From Bacteroidia bacterium (GTDB taxonomy: Bacteria; Bacteroidota; Bacteroidia; B-17B0; Aurantibacillaceae): 64,000 nt of DNA. Position 1 is the first letter of the stretch. The number at the start of each line of letters is the position of its first letter. Position numbers and translations under genes: made by a program. The stretch covers positions 15,904 through 79,903 of the forward strand of contig DAOMFS010000005.1 in assembly GCA_035429925.1 (NCBI GenBank), given 5' to 3'. Below are positions 44,220-53,160 of the stretch, piece after piece. Under the pieces are notes generated by a model that had not been told where the DNA came from, made no database searches, and was given only the letters and a program-made list of their open reading frames with translations.

Positions 44220-46791
44220 AATCTTCAGCCGATCATCTCTGATCCTGCTTGTGCTTTCGCTGCTAAGCGCTCAAAATGGCATTGCCCAAAAGAAAAAGAA
44301 AGATAAAGACAACAAGGACAAACCCGCAGCAGCCGTGGACAAAGATGCGCCAAAAAAAATAGATGAGGTGGTAAAACACTGCGCCAGGTACGATGGGCTC
44401 TTCACATTTTACCAGGACTCTGTTTCTGGAGCAACCCATTTGCTGATCGAGCCCAGGCATTTGGATAAAGAGTTCATTTACTTCAGTCAGTTTGCTGATG
44501 GTGTACTGGACGCATGGACCTTCAGAGGAAATTACAATCAATCCCAGATCTTCAGGGTACAAAAATACTTCAACCGGATTGAATTTGTTTTTGTGAATAC
44601 CAGTTCGTATTTCGATCCCAAAAACCCCGTTTCAAAGGCCTCCGACGCAAACATGAGTAACAGCACCTTGGCCAGTTTGAAAATTACCGCCATGAACGAT
44701 GCCAAGGATAAATTCCTGGTGGATGCCGACCAGCTCTTCCTGCGGGAATTGTTTCTGCAGGTGAAGCCACCTGCTTTCCCCGGACAGAAACCGGATGATT
44801 TTACACTTGGCGAACTGGATAAGGATAAAACCAAGATCAACCACATACGCAATTACCCCAAAAACACTGATCTGGCTGTGGAATATGTATATACAAAAGG
44901 AAATATACTCAACGGAGGATCCAGGGCAATTGCCGACGGGCGTTATGTGAGCATCAAAGTTTATCATAGCCTGATTGAAATGCCACAGAATGATTATGTG
45001 CCGGTGATGGATGACCCGAGAATTGGTTATTTCACGACTGAGATAACCGACATGACAACTCTTGATCCCATTAACTACCACGACCTGATTCACCGCTGGC
45101 ACTTAAAAAAGAAGGATCCGAATGCCAGCCTTTCTGAACCTATTGAACCCATTACCTGGTGGATCGAGAACACCACACCAACGGAAATTCGCCCTATCAT
45201 TAAACACGCCGGTGAACAATGGAATCTTGCATTTGAAAAAGCTGGATTCAAAAATGCCGTTGTGATCAGGGAACAACCCGACACCGCATCCTGGGATGCA
45301 GGTGATATCCGGTATAATGTGCTTCGCTGGACCTCTTCTCCTGATCTGGCTTTTGGAGGATATGGCCCAAGTTTTGTGAACCCACGAACCGGACAAATAC
45401 TGGGTGCCGACATTATGCTTGAATATTATACGCTGGCCAACAGCATACGCCTGGACAAATTGTTAGGCAGTGCCTATGGCTATGAATCTGCTGAGCAAAA
45501 GCCTGAACGTTTTGCACACCAGTATTGTTTCGCCGCTCAGTACGCCAGAGAAAACAACCTTTTCGGACAACTTGGTTTAAAACTGATGGGTGCATCCAAA
45601 CTCGACGAGAGCAAAATGGTCAACGAATTCCTTCACTTCCTTATCCTGCATGAAATGGGCCATACCCTTGGCCTGAACCACAACATGAAATCAAGTCAAT
45701 TGCATTCCATCAAGGATATACACAACACCACCATTACTTCAAAAATGGGTCTTACCGGTTCGGTGATGGATTATCCGGCGATTAATTTTTCCGGTGACAG
45801 GAAAAACCAGGGGAATTACTGGACCACTGTGCCTGGACCCTATGACCACTGGGCAATTGAATTTGCTTACAAACCAGGCCAGAGTGCCAGTGACCGGGAA
45901 AACCTGCTCGCCCGTTCAACAGAAGCCCAATTGATGTTCGGTAACGATGCAGATGACATGAGAGAACCCGGAAAGGCCATTGATCCCAGGGTAATGGTGA
46001 ATGATATGAGCAGCGACGCCATTCAATATTCCATAGACAGAATTGAATTGGTCAGAAACATGTCAAAAGAAATACTGAAGCGTTACAACATCCCAGGCAA
46101 TTCTTACCAGGAACATGCCGTATCTTATAACATACTTCTGAATCAGCAGGCCATCTCGGCAAATACCATTTCGAGATATATTGGCGGCGTATATGTTGAT
46201 CGTGCCTTTGTTGGACAAAAAGGTGCCGGCAAACCTCTGATGCCTGTGGAAACCGAAAAACAAAAGCAGGCCATGAACGCACTCGCACGGTACATTTTTG
46301 CACCAGATGCCTTTGAAACCACATCTGAGTTGTACAACTACCTTCAGATTCAGCGCAGGGGATTTAATTTCTGGGATCGCAGCGAAGACCCCAAACTTCA
46401 CAGGAGGATATTGGGCTATCAGAAAATGGTCCTGGATCATCTGATGCACCCCACAACCCTGCAGCGCATCGTAGACACCAAACTTTATGGAAACAACTAC
46501 AGCATTGCTGAAATGATGAGCGACCTGACTTCAGCCATTTTCAAAAGCGATATTGCAGGCACTGTGAATTCATTCCGCCAAAACCTGCAGGTAGAATACA
46601 CCAGGCGTTTAATTGATATTTTGAACGGCCCGAATAAAACCTCTTATATGAATTCAATTCAGTCACTTGCCGTGCAAAACCTGAAGGAGATCAGGAAAAT
46701 GTCGTCCAATGCCCTCGGTGATCCTTCGTCCATGGCGCACAAGGACTATCTTGTTACACTTGTAAACAATACACTTCGTGAGTTGAAATAA
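44200..46791 (+). CDS. secreted zinc-dependent metalloprotease (DUF5117/DUF4953-type)
   Basis: Signal peptide from ATG 44200 (MFKPAIKIFSRSSLILLVLSLLSAQ) and the zinc motif LILHEMGHTLGLNHN. Confidence 0.8.
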   Translation: MFKPAIKIFSRSSLILLVLSLLSAQNGIAQKKKKDKDNKDKPAAAVDKDAPKKIDEVVKHCARYDGLFTFYQDSVSGATHLLIEPRHLDKEFIYFSQFADGVLDAWTFRGNYNQSQIFRVQKYFNRIEFVFVNTSSYFDPKNPVSKASDANMSNSTLASLKITAMNDAKDKFLVDADQLFLRELFLQVKPPAFPGQKPDDFTLGELDKDKTKINHIRNYPKNTDLAVEYVYTKGNILNGGSRAIADGRYVSIKVYHSLIEMPQNDYVPVMDDPRIGYFTTEITDMTTLDPINYHDLIHRWHLKKKDPNASLSEPIEPITWWIENTTPTEIRPIIKHAGEQWNLAFEKAGFKNAVVIREQPDTASWDAGDIRYNVLRWTSSPDLAFGGYGPSFVNPRTGQILGADIMLEYYTLANSIRLDKLLGSAYGYESAEQKPERFAHQYCFAAQYARENNLFGQLGLKLMGASKLDESKMVNEFLHFLILHEMGHTLGLNHNMKSSQLHSIKDIHNTTITSKMGLTGSVMDYPAINFSGDRKNQGNYWTTVPGPYDHWAIEFAYKPGQSASDRENLLARSTEAQLMFGNDADDMREPGKAIDPRVMVNDMSSDAIQYSIDRIELVRNMSKEILKRYNIPGNSYQEHAVSYNILLNQQAISANTISRYIGGVYVDRAFVGQKGAGKPLMPVETEKQKQAMNALARYIFAPDAFETTSELYNYLQIQRRGFNFWDRSEDPKLHRRILGYQKMVLDHLMHPTTLQRIVDTKLYGNNYSIAEMMSDLTSAIFKSDIAGTVNSFRQNLQVEYTRRLIDILNGPNKTSYMNSIQSLAVQNLKEIRKMSSNALGDPSSMAHKDYLVTLVNNTLRELK

Positions 46792-46828
46792 GAGAAGCCT
46801 GCACCATACTGTGCTTCAACTTATCAAT

Positions 46829-46857
46829 AAGCCCCTGGATTAAACCGGGGCTTTTTG
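46829..46857. terminator. hairpin terminator between convergent genes
   Basis: AGCCCC...GGGGCT stem followed by T5, between the stops at 46791 (+) and 46885 (-). Confidence 0.5.
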
Positions 46858-46884
46858 GTATGGGCTTTAGAGGCAGACCTTTGA

Positions 46885-49152
46885 TCAATTCAGACTGAAA
46901 CGGAGCCCGAAATAAAAGCGTATGCCCTGCAAGGGAGCGTAATTATAAGCCGTATCAAAGGTGTAGGCGTTGGGGTTGGTAACAGGGTCGTTCACATGCT
47001 TATCGAATGGATCGAAGGGACGCATCAGTGGATCGGATGGCACAAAATTCAGAAGATTCTTAACACCAGCGTAGCACTCTATATGTGATTTTAGTGTTTT
47101 GGAAACCTGCAGGTTAACCAGGCCATAGGCCTGCGAGTATTCAGGCCGGTAATCATTTGGCAATACCGGTAAACGTTGTGTGCCGTACCAGTTACCGCTG
47201 AGGTCAATGCTAAGCATACGGGATTTCATCTGGTAGCCCACCAGGAAATTTCCGGACCACCGGGGAGTTTGCACCTGCCACGAACGCACCGAATGACCAA
47301 GACTATCCTGACTCACATTCTGTACATCGGCATAAGTAACACCTGCACTCAATTTCCAATTACAGGAGCTAGCTGATTCTATATTGACTGAAGCCCCGCG
47401 CGAATAAGCATATCCGTCCAAATTGGCGTAAACCACTTTATTCGGATCAATGTTGTAGTTCGCTAGGATTTTGTTGCTGAAGTGGTAATCGAAGACCGAG
47501 GCATCCCAGATCAAAAGAGATGTTCTGTTCATTGGCATCTTGTACACAACATTCATGGTGCCGTTAAGAGACCGTTCCGGCTTGATCTGTTCTTTGAATA
47601 CAACCTCACGTGAACCACTCAATGCGGCATGATCTTCAGTGAATACATTCACCACCCTGAAGCCGGTGCCCAGGTTGAAACGAAAGGTGAAACGGTAGTG
47701 TGGTGTCCACTTATAAGCTATACGCGGCGAAACTATGAATTTGTAGACATTGTGATGATCTATTCTGATACCCGCGAGAATCTTGTGTTTGGAAAGATTG
47801 TCGAAGGTGTGTTCGTCCTGCACAAACAAGCCGAGTGTGTTGCTCAGATCGGGTTTATTGCCTGTACCTTCAGGTAAAGACGTCACCGGTGTATTGTCAT
47901 CGTACCAGATGTTTTTATAATTCAATCCGGCTACAGCTTCATTGCGTTCAGAGAGGTTTTTGTTCCAGAATGTTTGCACAAATGCCGTTGATTGTCTCGC
48001 GATAAATGAATGCAAACCGTAAACTGAATTCTGATCATGAAAATTATATGAAATTTGGGTGTTGATGTTCTCCTTCAATGGCCACTGATAAGCGGATATC
48101 AACTCGCAGCGCTGCACCTTAATGCTTTCTCCGTATACGCTGTCTCCTCCCCTGAAGGCCGGATTCCAGTTGTTCTCTCCACCCCAGCGGTCCTCAGCTA
48201 CATAACGTAATGCCAAATTGAATTCACGTTCATGCTTTTGGGCAATACTGATTTTATTAAACACAGAAATCCGATTCTGTAAAGTCAGGTCTGTAAAGCC
48301 GTCTCCATTGTTATCCACCACCCTGTTGAAATAAAAGGTATTAAGCCCTGTCAGCCAATTCACCCTTTTCCCTAACCTGAATCTCTTGCTTAGCTCGAAA
48401 TTGTTTTCACCATAACTCGTGTGGTAAAAATCCGCGAATAAACGTGGAGCCCTGGAAGGGTTTTTAGTGATGAGGTTAATTGTGCCACCCATGGCTTCTG
48501 AGCCGTAAAGAGCCGCTGCAGGTCCCTTCGCAATTTCGAGTCTTTCCATAATTCCCGCGGGTATACCCATCAAACCATATACGGATGACAGACCACTCAC
48601 AATGGGCATGCCGTCAATCAGAATCAGTGTATACGGTCCCTCCATCCCATTGATGTGTATATCACCCGTATTGCACACATTGCAGTTGATCTGGGGTTTA
48701 ACCCCGTTTACCAGTGAAGTGGCTTCAAATAAATTGGGCACGGCCGTCCTTTGCATGAGCCTGGGACTAATAATGTCAATATTCACCGGACTTTCTGATT
48801 TACCCACTTCCTTTAATGTTCCGGTCACAACCACTTCATCGATAATGTTCTCATTGGCGGTCAGGCGCAGATTTATTCTGCCTCTGTTCCTTCCCTGAAG
48901 CACAACAAATTCACACAAATCATATCCGTTCATCCAGGCCTGGATCGTATAGGTCTGAGCCGGGAGACCGGGAAATTCAAACAAACCCTTCTCGTCACTA
49001 TATACTTTGTGTTCTGTGCCTTTCAGGAATACCGTAACCATGTGCAAAGGAATTGAATCCTGGTCAAAAACACGCCCTTTTACGGCATAACCCGGTTCCT
49101 GTGACATTAAGCGTAATGACAAGAGACTTAAGAATAACAGGATCTTTTGCAT
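46885..49152 (-). CDS. TonB-dependent receptor with CarboxypepD_reg-like N-terminal domain
   Basis: Signal peptide, then GRVFDQDSIPLHMVTVFLKGTEHKVYSDEKGLFEF (carboxypeptidase-regulatory-like), plug motifs (IEIAKGPAAALYGSEAMGGTINLITK), and a beta-barrel ending FYFGLRFSLN. Confidence 0.85.
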   Translation of the reverse strand: MQKILLFLSLLSLRLMSQEPGYAVKGRVFDQDSIPLHMVTVFLKGTEHKVYSDEKGLFEFPGLPAQTYTIQAWMNGYDLCEFVVLQGRNRGRINLRLTANENIIDEVVVTGTLKEVGKSESPVNIDIISPRLMQRTAVPNLFEATSLVNGVKPQINCNVCNTGDIHINGMEGPYTLILIDGMPIVSGLSSVYGLMGIPAGIMERLEIAKGPAAALYGSEAMGGTINLITKNPSRAPRLFADFYHTSYGENNFELSKRFRLGKRVNWLTGLNTFYFNRVVDNNGDGFTDLTLQNRISVFNKISIAQKHEREFNLALRYVAEDRWGGENNWNPAFRGGDSVYGESIKVQRCELISAYQWPLKENINTQISYNFHDQNSVYGLHSFIARQSTAFVQTFWNKNLSERNEAVAGLNYKNIWYDDNTPVTSLPEGTGNKPDLSNTLGLFVQDEHTFDNLSKHKILAGIRIDHHNVYKFIVSPRIAYKWTPHYRFTFRFNLGTGFRVVNVFTEDHAALSGSREVVFKEQIKPERSLNGTMNVVYKMPMNRTSLLIWDASVFDYHFSNKILANYNIDPNKVVYANLDGYAYSRGASVNIESASSCNWKLSAGVTYADVQNVSQDSLGHSVRSWQVQTPRWSGNFLVGYQMKSRMLSIDLSGNWYGTQRLPVLPNDYRPEYSQAYGLVNLQVSKTLKSHIECYAGVKNLLNFVPSDPLMRPFDPFDKHVNDPVTNPNAYTFDTAYNYAPLQGIRFYFGLRFSLN

Positions 49153-49168
49153 GGCACAAAATTATTAT

Positions 49169-49191
49169 TACCTAAATAATATAATTAGGTA
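49169..49191. promoter_or_regulatory. inverted repeat TACCTAA-N9-TTAGGTA, candidate DtxR-family operator in a divergent promoter region
   Basis: Perfect 7-bp arms in the 65-nt gap between the TonB-dependent receptor start (49152, minus) and the DtxR-family regulator start (49218, plus). The half-sites recall the TTAGGT/ACCTAA letters of DtxR boxes. Confidence 0.5.
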
Positions 49192-49217
49192 TACCTTATT
49201 TTATGTAAATTTACACC

Positions 49218-49937
49218 ATGATCTCCTCCGCTGAAGAAAGGTATTTACGGGCCATCTACCAGATTAGTCAAGCCGAATATCCTGGTAAATGCAGCCTCAA
49301 TGAATTGTCGCTGCATCTGGGATTAAAAGCGCCAACTGTTCTGGAAAGGATACGAAATATGGAAAAGGCCAGATGGCTTACATACACACGTGAGAAGGGT
49401 ATTCTGCTGAGTCCATCAGGATACAAAAAAGCTTTGCAGGTTGTCAGAAAACACAGGATCTGGGAAACCTTTCTTCAAAAAGTTTGCAAATTCAACTGGA
49501 GTGAGGTGCACGAACTGGCGGAATTACTACAGCAGGTGAATTCTGATAAATTGCTTGACAGGATTTTTGTGCTCAGCGGAGAACCCCGTTTCGATCCACA
49601 TGGTGATCCCATACCTGACAAAGAAGGCTCTATGCCACCTAGTCAGAGAAGACCCTTGCTGGAGAGCACAGAAGGTTGCCGCTGTACGGTTTTAGGTGTT
49701 CTGGAAGACAGTCCTGATTTTCTGAACTACCTCAGCGAACTTCACATTGGACTCAATGAAAAAATTCAGGTTGAGCGCGTTTTTGGTTTCGACGGAAGCA
49801 TGAAGGTAAGATACAAAAACCACGAAAATGTGTTGCTTTCCCCAAAAGTTGCCGAGAAGATCATGGTTCAATGCAACAAAACAGATTGCTCCTGCAAAAC
49901 AAAAAAAGGACCCCCAAGAGGATCCCTTTTCAAATGA
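49218..49937 (+). CDS. DtxR/MntR-family metal-dependent transcriptional regulator with FeoA/SH3-like C-terminal domain
   Basis: AEERYLRAIYQI (N-terminal helix), winged-HTH LSLHLGLKAPTVLERIRNMEK, RKHRIWETFL and WSEVHELAELLQQV (the DtxR dimerisation/metal region). Confidence 0.85.
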   Translation: MISSAEERYLRAIYQISQAEYPGKCSLNELSLHLGLKAPTVLERIRNMEKARWLTYTREKGILLSPSGYKKALQVVRKHRIWETFLQKVCKFNWSEVHELAELLQQVNSDKLLDRIFVLSGEPRFDPHGDPIPDKEGSMPPSQRRPLLESTEGCRCTVLGVLEDSPDFLNYLSELHIGLNEKIQVERVFGFDGSMKVRYKNHENVLLSPKVAEKIMVQCNKTDCSCKTKKGPPRGSLFK

Positions 49938-49947
49938 TCATCTGTTC

Positions 49948-50540
49948 CTAATTCATGAGGATATAGGAGACATAACCGTATTCATTCCAGTTCCAGTCAG
50001 TTGAGGAAGTCGATACACCCGCCATACCAAAATAATATGTTCCGGGACTCAAACCATTAACACTTGCGGATATGGTGAGCACCTGCCTGGTATTTTGCAG
50101 GCAAGCCAGTCCATACATGCCGGCACCAATGGGGGTGATATTTGCCGCTGTTGAAAGTTTAAAACCGGGATAGATGTTGAGGTTTCCAGCCCCTCCTGAC
50201 ATGGTTGAACCCATAACCTTGGTTGAAACCCAAAATACATGCTGAGCTGTGGATGTAATGACCACAGTAATATAAGGGGTCAGAAAAATCACAGTTCCTG
50301 TTGGATTGGCTCCAAGCCCTGAAATGAAATCTGTTGAGATCATGCCGCTGAGACCCTGTGGCCCTGAATACCCTGAGGGCCCTGCGGACATGCCGGGCCA
50401 GGGTTTCCACTCTCAGCGAACAAGACATAGTGCACACTCAGGAACTGGCTGATACCTGAAATAGATTAAGCACTTCCTCCCGCCGGATCGGTCTCCGTTC
50501 TGATAAAATAGGTACCGTTTGCCTGAACTTTTTTATTCAA
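49948..50540 (-). pseudogene. possible disrupted collagen-like (Gly-X-Y) repeat protein; the intact 147-aa ORF 49948-50391 is its C-terminal beta-rich domain
   Basis: Gly-X-Y periodicity reads in two frames across ~50340-50410. An upstream frame (TTG 50540) has an in-frame TAA at 50466-50468 and then runs ...AESGNPGPACPQGPQGIQG before ending. Restoring one C near 50360 would join it to GPQGLSGMISTDF... of the 147-aa ORF. Confidence 0.4.
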
Positions 50541-50581
50541 GTAATTTCAAAGAATAGGCGCAAAAAGGCCTCAGGTTTTTT

Positions 50582-52981
50582 TTAAAATCTGAATCCCAGG
50601 GTGCAATACACATTCACAGGATCGGCGGGAATAATGCCGGGTCCCGGAATCCCTGAACTTCTGCGGGTAAAATATTTTGCGTTGAGCATATTGTTTATTC
50701 CTGCGATCAATGTAAATCTCTTCCATTTGTACTGACCTGAAAAATCAAGAACCGAAAACGACGGGATGATGCCACTTAAACCGTTCGTCACAACTGTTGT
50801 GTTGCCTGCATCAGAGAATTGCCGGGCTGTATAAGAATACAGCACTGCAAAGGAAATCGCTTTGTAAGCATAATTGATCCCTGTTCGCAAAATCCAATCC
50901 GGAACATATTCAACCTTGTTGCCGTTATAGGTTGATTTATCTGTATGGTATATGGCTTGTATGTATGAAACGTTTAAAAAAGTCGATAGTTTTTGTGTTG
51001 TACTGGGATTTGCCAGTTTCATCCAGTCCAGTTCTGCCAGAGCCTCAACGCCATTATTTTGGCTGTAACCGATATTGGTGCGATAACTCACTGTTTGTTT
51101 GCTTAGCGAATCAAAATATGATACAGAACCTATACGGTTGTTGTAAAAGATCGAGAACACACTTACGTCAAAATACAGGAACTGCCCTGGTTTTCCCCTA
51201 AATCCCCCATCTGCCGTGTAACCGCTTTCATCTTTCAGATTAGGATCAACCTTTGCATTGGGATTGGTAACCCGCATATCGTTAAAATTGATTGCCCTGT
51301 AATTCTGACTAATGTTTCCATATAACTCCATGTCTTTTGATAGGTTATACTGCGTGCCTAAACCAGCCAGAAAAAAGCTCCGGTTACTCGCTTTGCTTTC
51401 ATATACTTTGGTATCCAGGATTACACTTCCGGATGAGTTTTTATTAATCAGGCGGTAATACCCGTCGGCAGCCGTATGAATGTACTCGAACCGTACACCA
51501 GGCACAATGGACCATTTGGAAGTGATCTGAAAAATATTTTCGGCGAAGATGGCATAATTAGTGATTGGAAAATTGTAATCGGAGCTTTCCAGATTGTCTG
51601 GATTCAGAAACACAAAATCCGGATCAGAAGATTTGCTGCCATCGCCCTGTTGCCGGTGTGTGGCACCGTTATAAACCTTTCCGCCAAAAACAAGGTGATC
51701 AGAATGGCCAGACAACTTGTAATTATGCAATACACGAACCTCTGCTCCGTAATTGGAATAGGCATCTTTTGACAAACTCCTGTTTGCATTCAGATCATCT
51801 GGACCATCAGGTTTACCTGTATAAGCCAATGATTGGCGCAGCGACTGTATGGTATAACCCAGTACATTTACACTGGTTTGTTTTGAGATCTTATAATCTG
51901 CTCCGACGGAAGCCAGATTCCAGCCAAGCTGAAACCAGTTTCTTGACCGGGTGGAGATCGACGGATCTGACTGAAATTGTGCGTCGCTCATGCCACCGGG
52001 TTGTTTATTCAAATATGTCATATAGGTGTATTCGCCCCGAAGGGTAAGCTTTTCACTGGCCTTGAAATATAGGGCAGCATACGCGGTGTGTCCATTCAGC
52101 TGTGAATTATCACGCCAGCCCGTATATTGCTTGTATTGGTAAAAGGTATTATAAGACAAGGCGCCCTTTGTGCCACTCAACTGGTTAAACGAATTGAACA
52201 TCCCGAATGAACCCAGTGTTTGTCTAAAGTTTCCGGAGATGGGCTTTGAATCCGGGGCTCTGAAACGGTAATTGATCATTCCGCCGAACTGAGAACCATA
52301 CTGCAGACTGGAAGCCCCCCTCATAATATCAATGCGCTCAATGGCCTCGGCAGGCGGCGTGTAATAACTTTCAGGATAACCCAAAGGGTCAGCCGAAATA
52401 TCGTATCCATTCTGCCTTACATTAAAGCTTGCCATACGTCCAGGACTCAGTCCTCTTCCGCCAACACTCACATTTACCCCTGAACCCTCGCTCTCCTGAA
52501 CATTGATGCCCGGAACCCTTGAAAACAATTGGCGGCCCGTATTCGCAGAAAGGTTAGTACCAAGTTCTTCCAGCTTTACCGATTCGGATTTTTTACCAGC
52601 GTAAATCACGGCGCCTTCAACCGGCTGCAGCCATGCTATGGCAAACGTCTGTTTAGGGCCCCCTTCCACTGTTACCTCTTCCAGACTGATCTCCTCAGGC
52701 CGGAGCTGGATCATGATAAGTGTATCATGTAGAACCTGGATCTCAGCGTGGTAATGCCTGTATCCCATCAGCTGCACGTTAAGCTGATGCATACCTGGTT
52801 TGTGAAGCATGAATTCACATGTGGCATTACTGTCAGGAAACACAAGGTTACCATCCACATGAATCACCGCATTTTTACAGGCATTGGGATCGGCATTTCC
52901 GGTTTGTAGATTGATTTTTAGTTTTTGTCCGAAACAACTAAAGGTGCCAACTGAAAGGACCAGCCATATTAACTTCTTCAT
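50582..52981 (-). CDS. TonB-dependent receptor (siderophore/metal-type) with CarboxypepD_reg-like N-terminus
   Basis: Signal peptide MKKLIWLVLSVGTFSCFGQ at 52981, plug motifs (IERIDIMRGASSLQYGSQFGGMINY), and a beta-barrel ending YCTLGFRF. Confidence 0.85.
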   Translation of the reverse strand: MKKLIWLVLSVGTFSCFGQKLKINLQTGNADPNACKNAVIHVDGNLVFPDSNATCEFMLHKPGMHQLNVQLMGYRHYHAEIQVLHDTLIMIQLRPEEISLEEVTVEGGPKQTFAIAWLQPVEGAVIYAGKKSESVKLEELGTNLSANTGRQLFSRVPGINVQESEGSGVNVSVGGRGLSPGRMASFNVRQNGYDISADPLGYPESYYTPPAEAIERIDIMRGASSLQYGSQFGGMINYRFRAPDSKPISGNFRQTLGSFGMFNSFNQLSGTKGALSYNTFYQYKQYTGWRDNSQLNGHTAYAALYFKASEKLTLRGEYTYMTYLNKQPGGMSDAQFQSDPSISTRSRNWFQLGWNLASVGADYKISKQTSVNVLGYTIQSLRQSLAYTGKPDGPDDLNANRSLSKDAYSNYGAEVRVLHNYKLSGHSDHLVFGGKVYNGATHRQQGDGSKSSDPDFVFLNPDNLESSDYNFPITNYAIFAENIFQITSKWSIVPGVRFEYIHTAADGYYRLINKNSSGSVILDTKVYESKASNRSFFLAGLGTQYNLSKDMELYGNISQNYRAINFNDMRVTNPNAKVDPNLKDESGYTADGGFRGKPGQFLYFDVSVFSIFYNNRIGSVSYFDSLSKQTVSYRTNIGYSQNNGVEALAELDWMKLANPSTTQKLSTFLNVSYIQAIYHTDKSTYNGNKVEYVPDWILRTGINYAYKAISFAVLYSYTARQFSDAGNTTVVTNGLSGIIPSFSVLDFSGQYKWKRFTLIAGINNMLNAKYFTRRSSGIPGPGIIPADPVNVYCTLGFRF

Positions 52982-53160
52982 AAATAAACCTTTTAAAGAA
53001 GACAAAAGCCCTGTCCTCTCTTCCGGTTCAAAAGTCTTATTTAGAATGAGTTTAAACAATACCATAAATAGGGTATTTGTCTGCAAGCCTTGCTGGACGC
53101 AGTTTTTAAGGCATGCCCAACCGGAATTTATGACAAAAATCAGTTAAAACGAGCTCGCGT

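Noticed and set aside
52982-53160. Possible cobalamin or other riboswitch in the 5' leader of the TonB-dependent receptor at 50582-52981.
   Set aside because: Only short hairpins (GCAAG-C-CTTGC, GGCATGCC) are present, and I recognised no B12-box-like core. An Rfam scan is needed to be sure.
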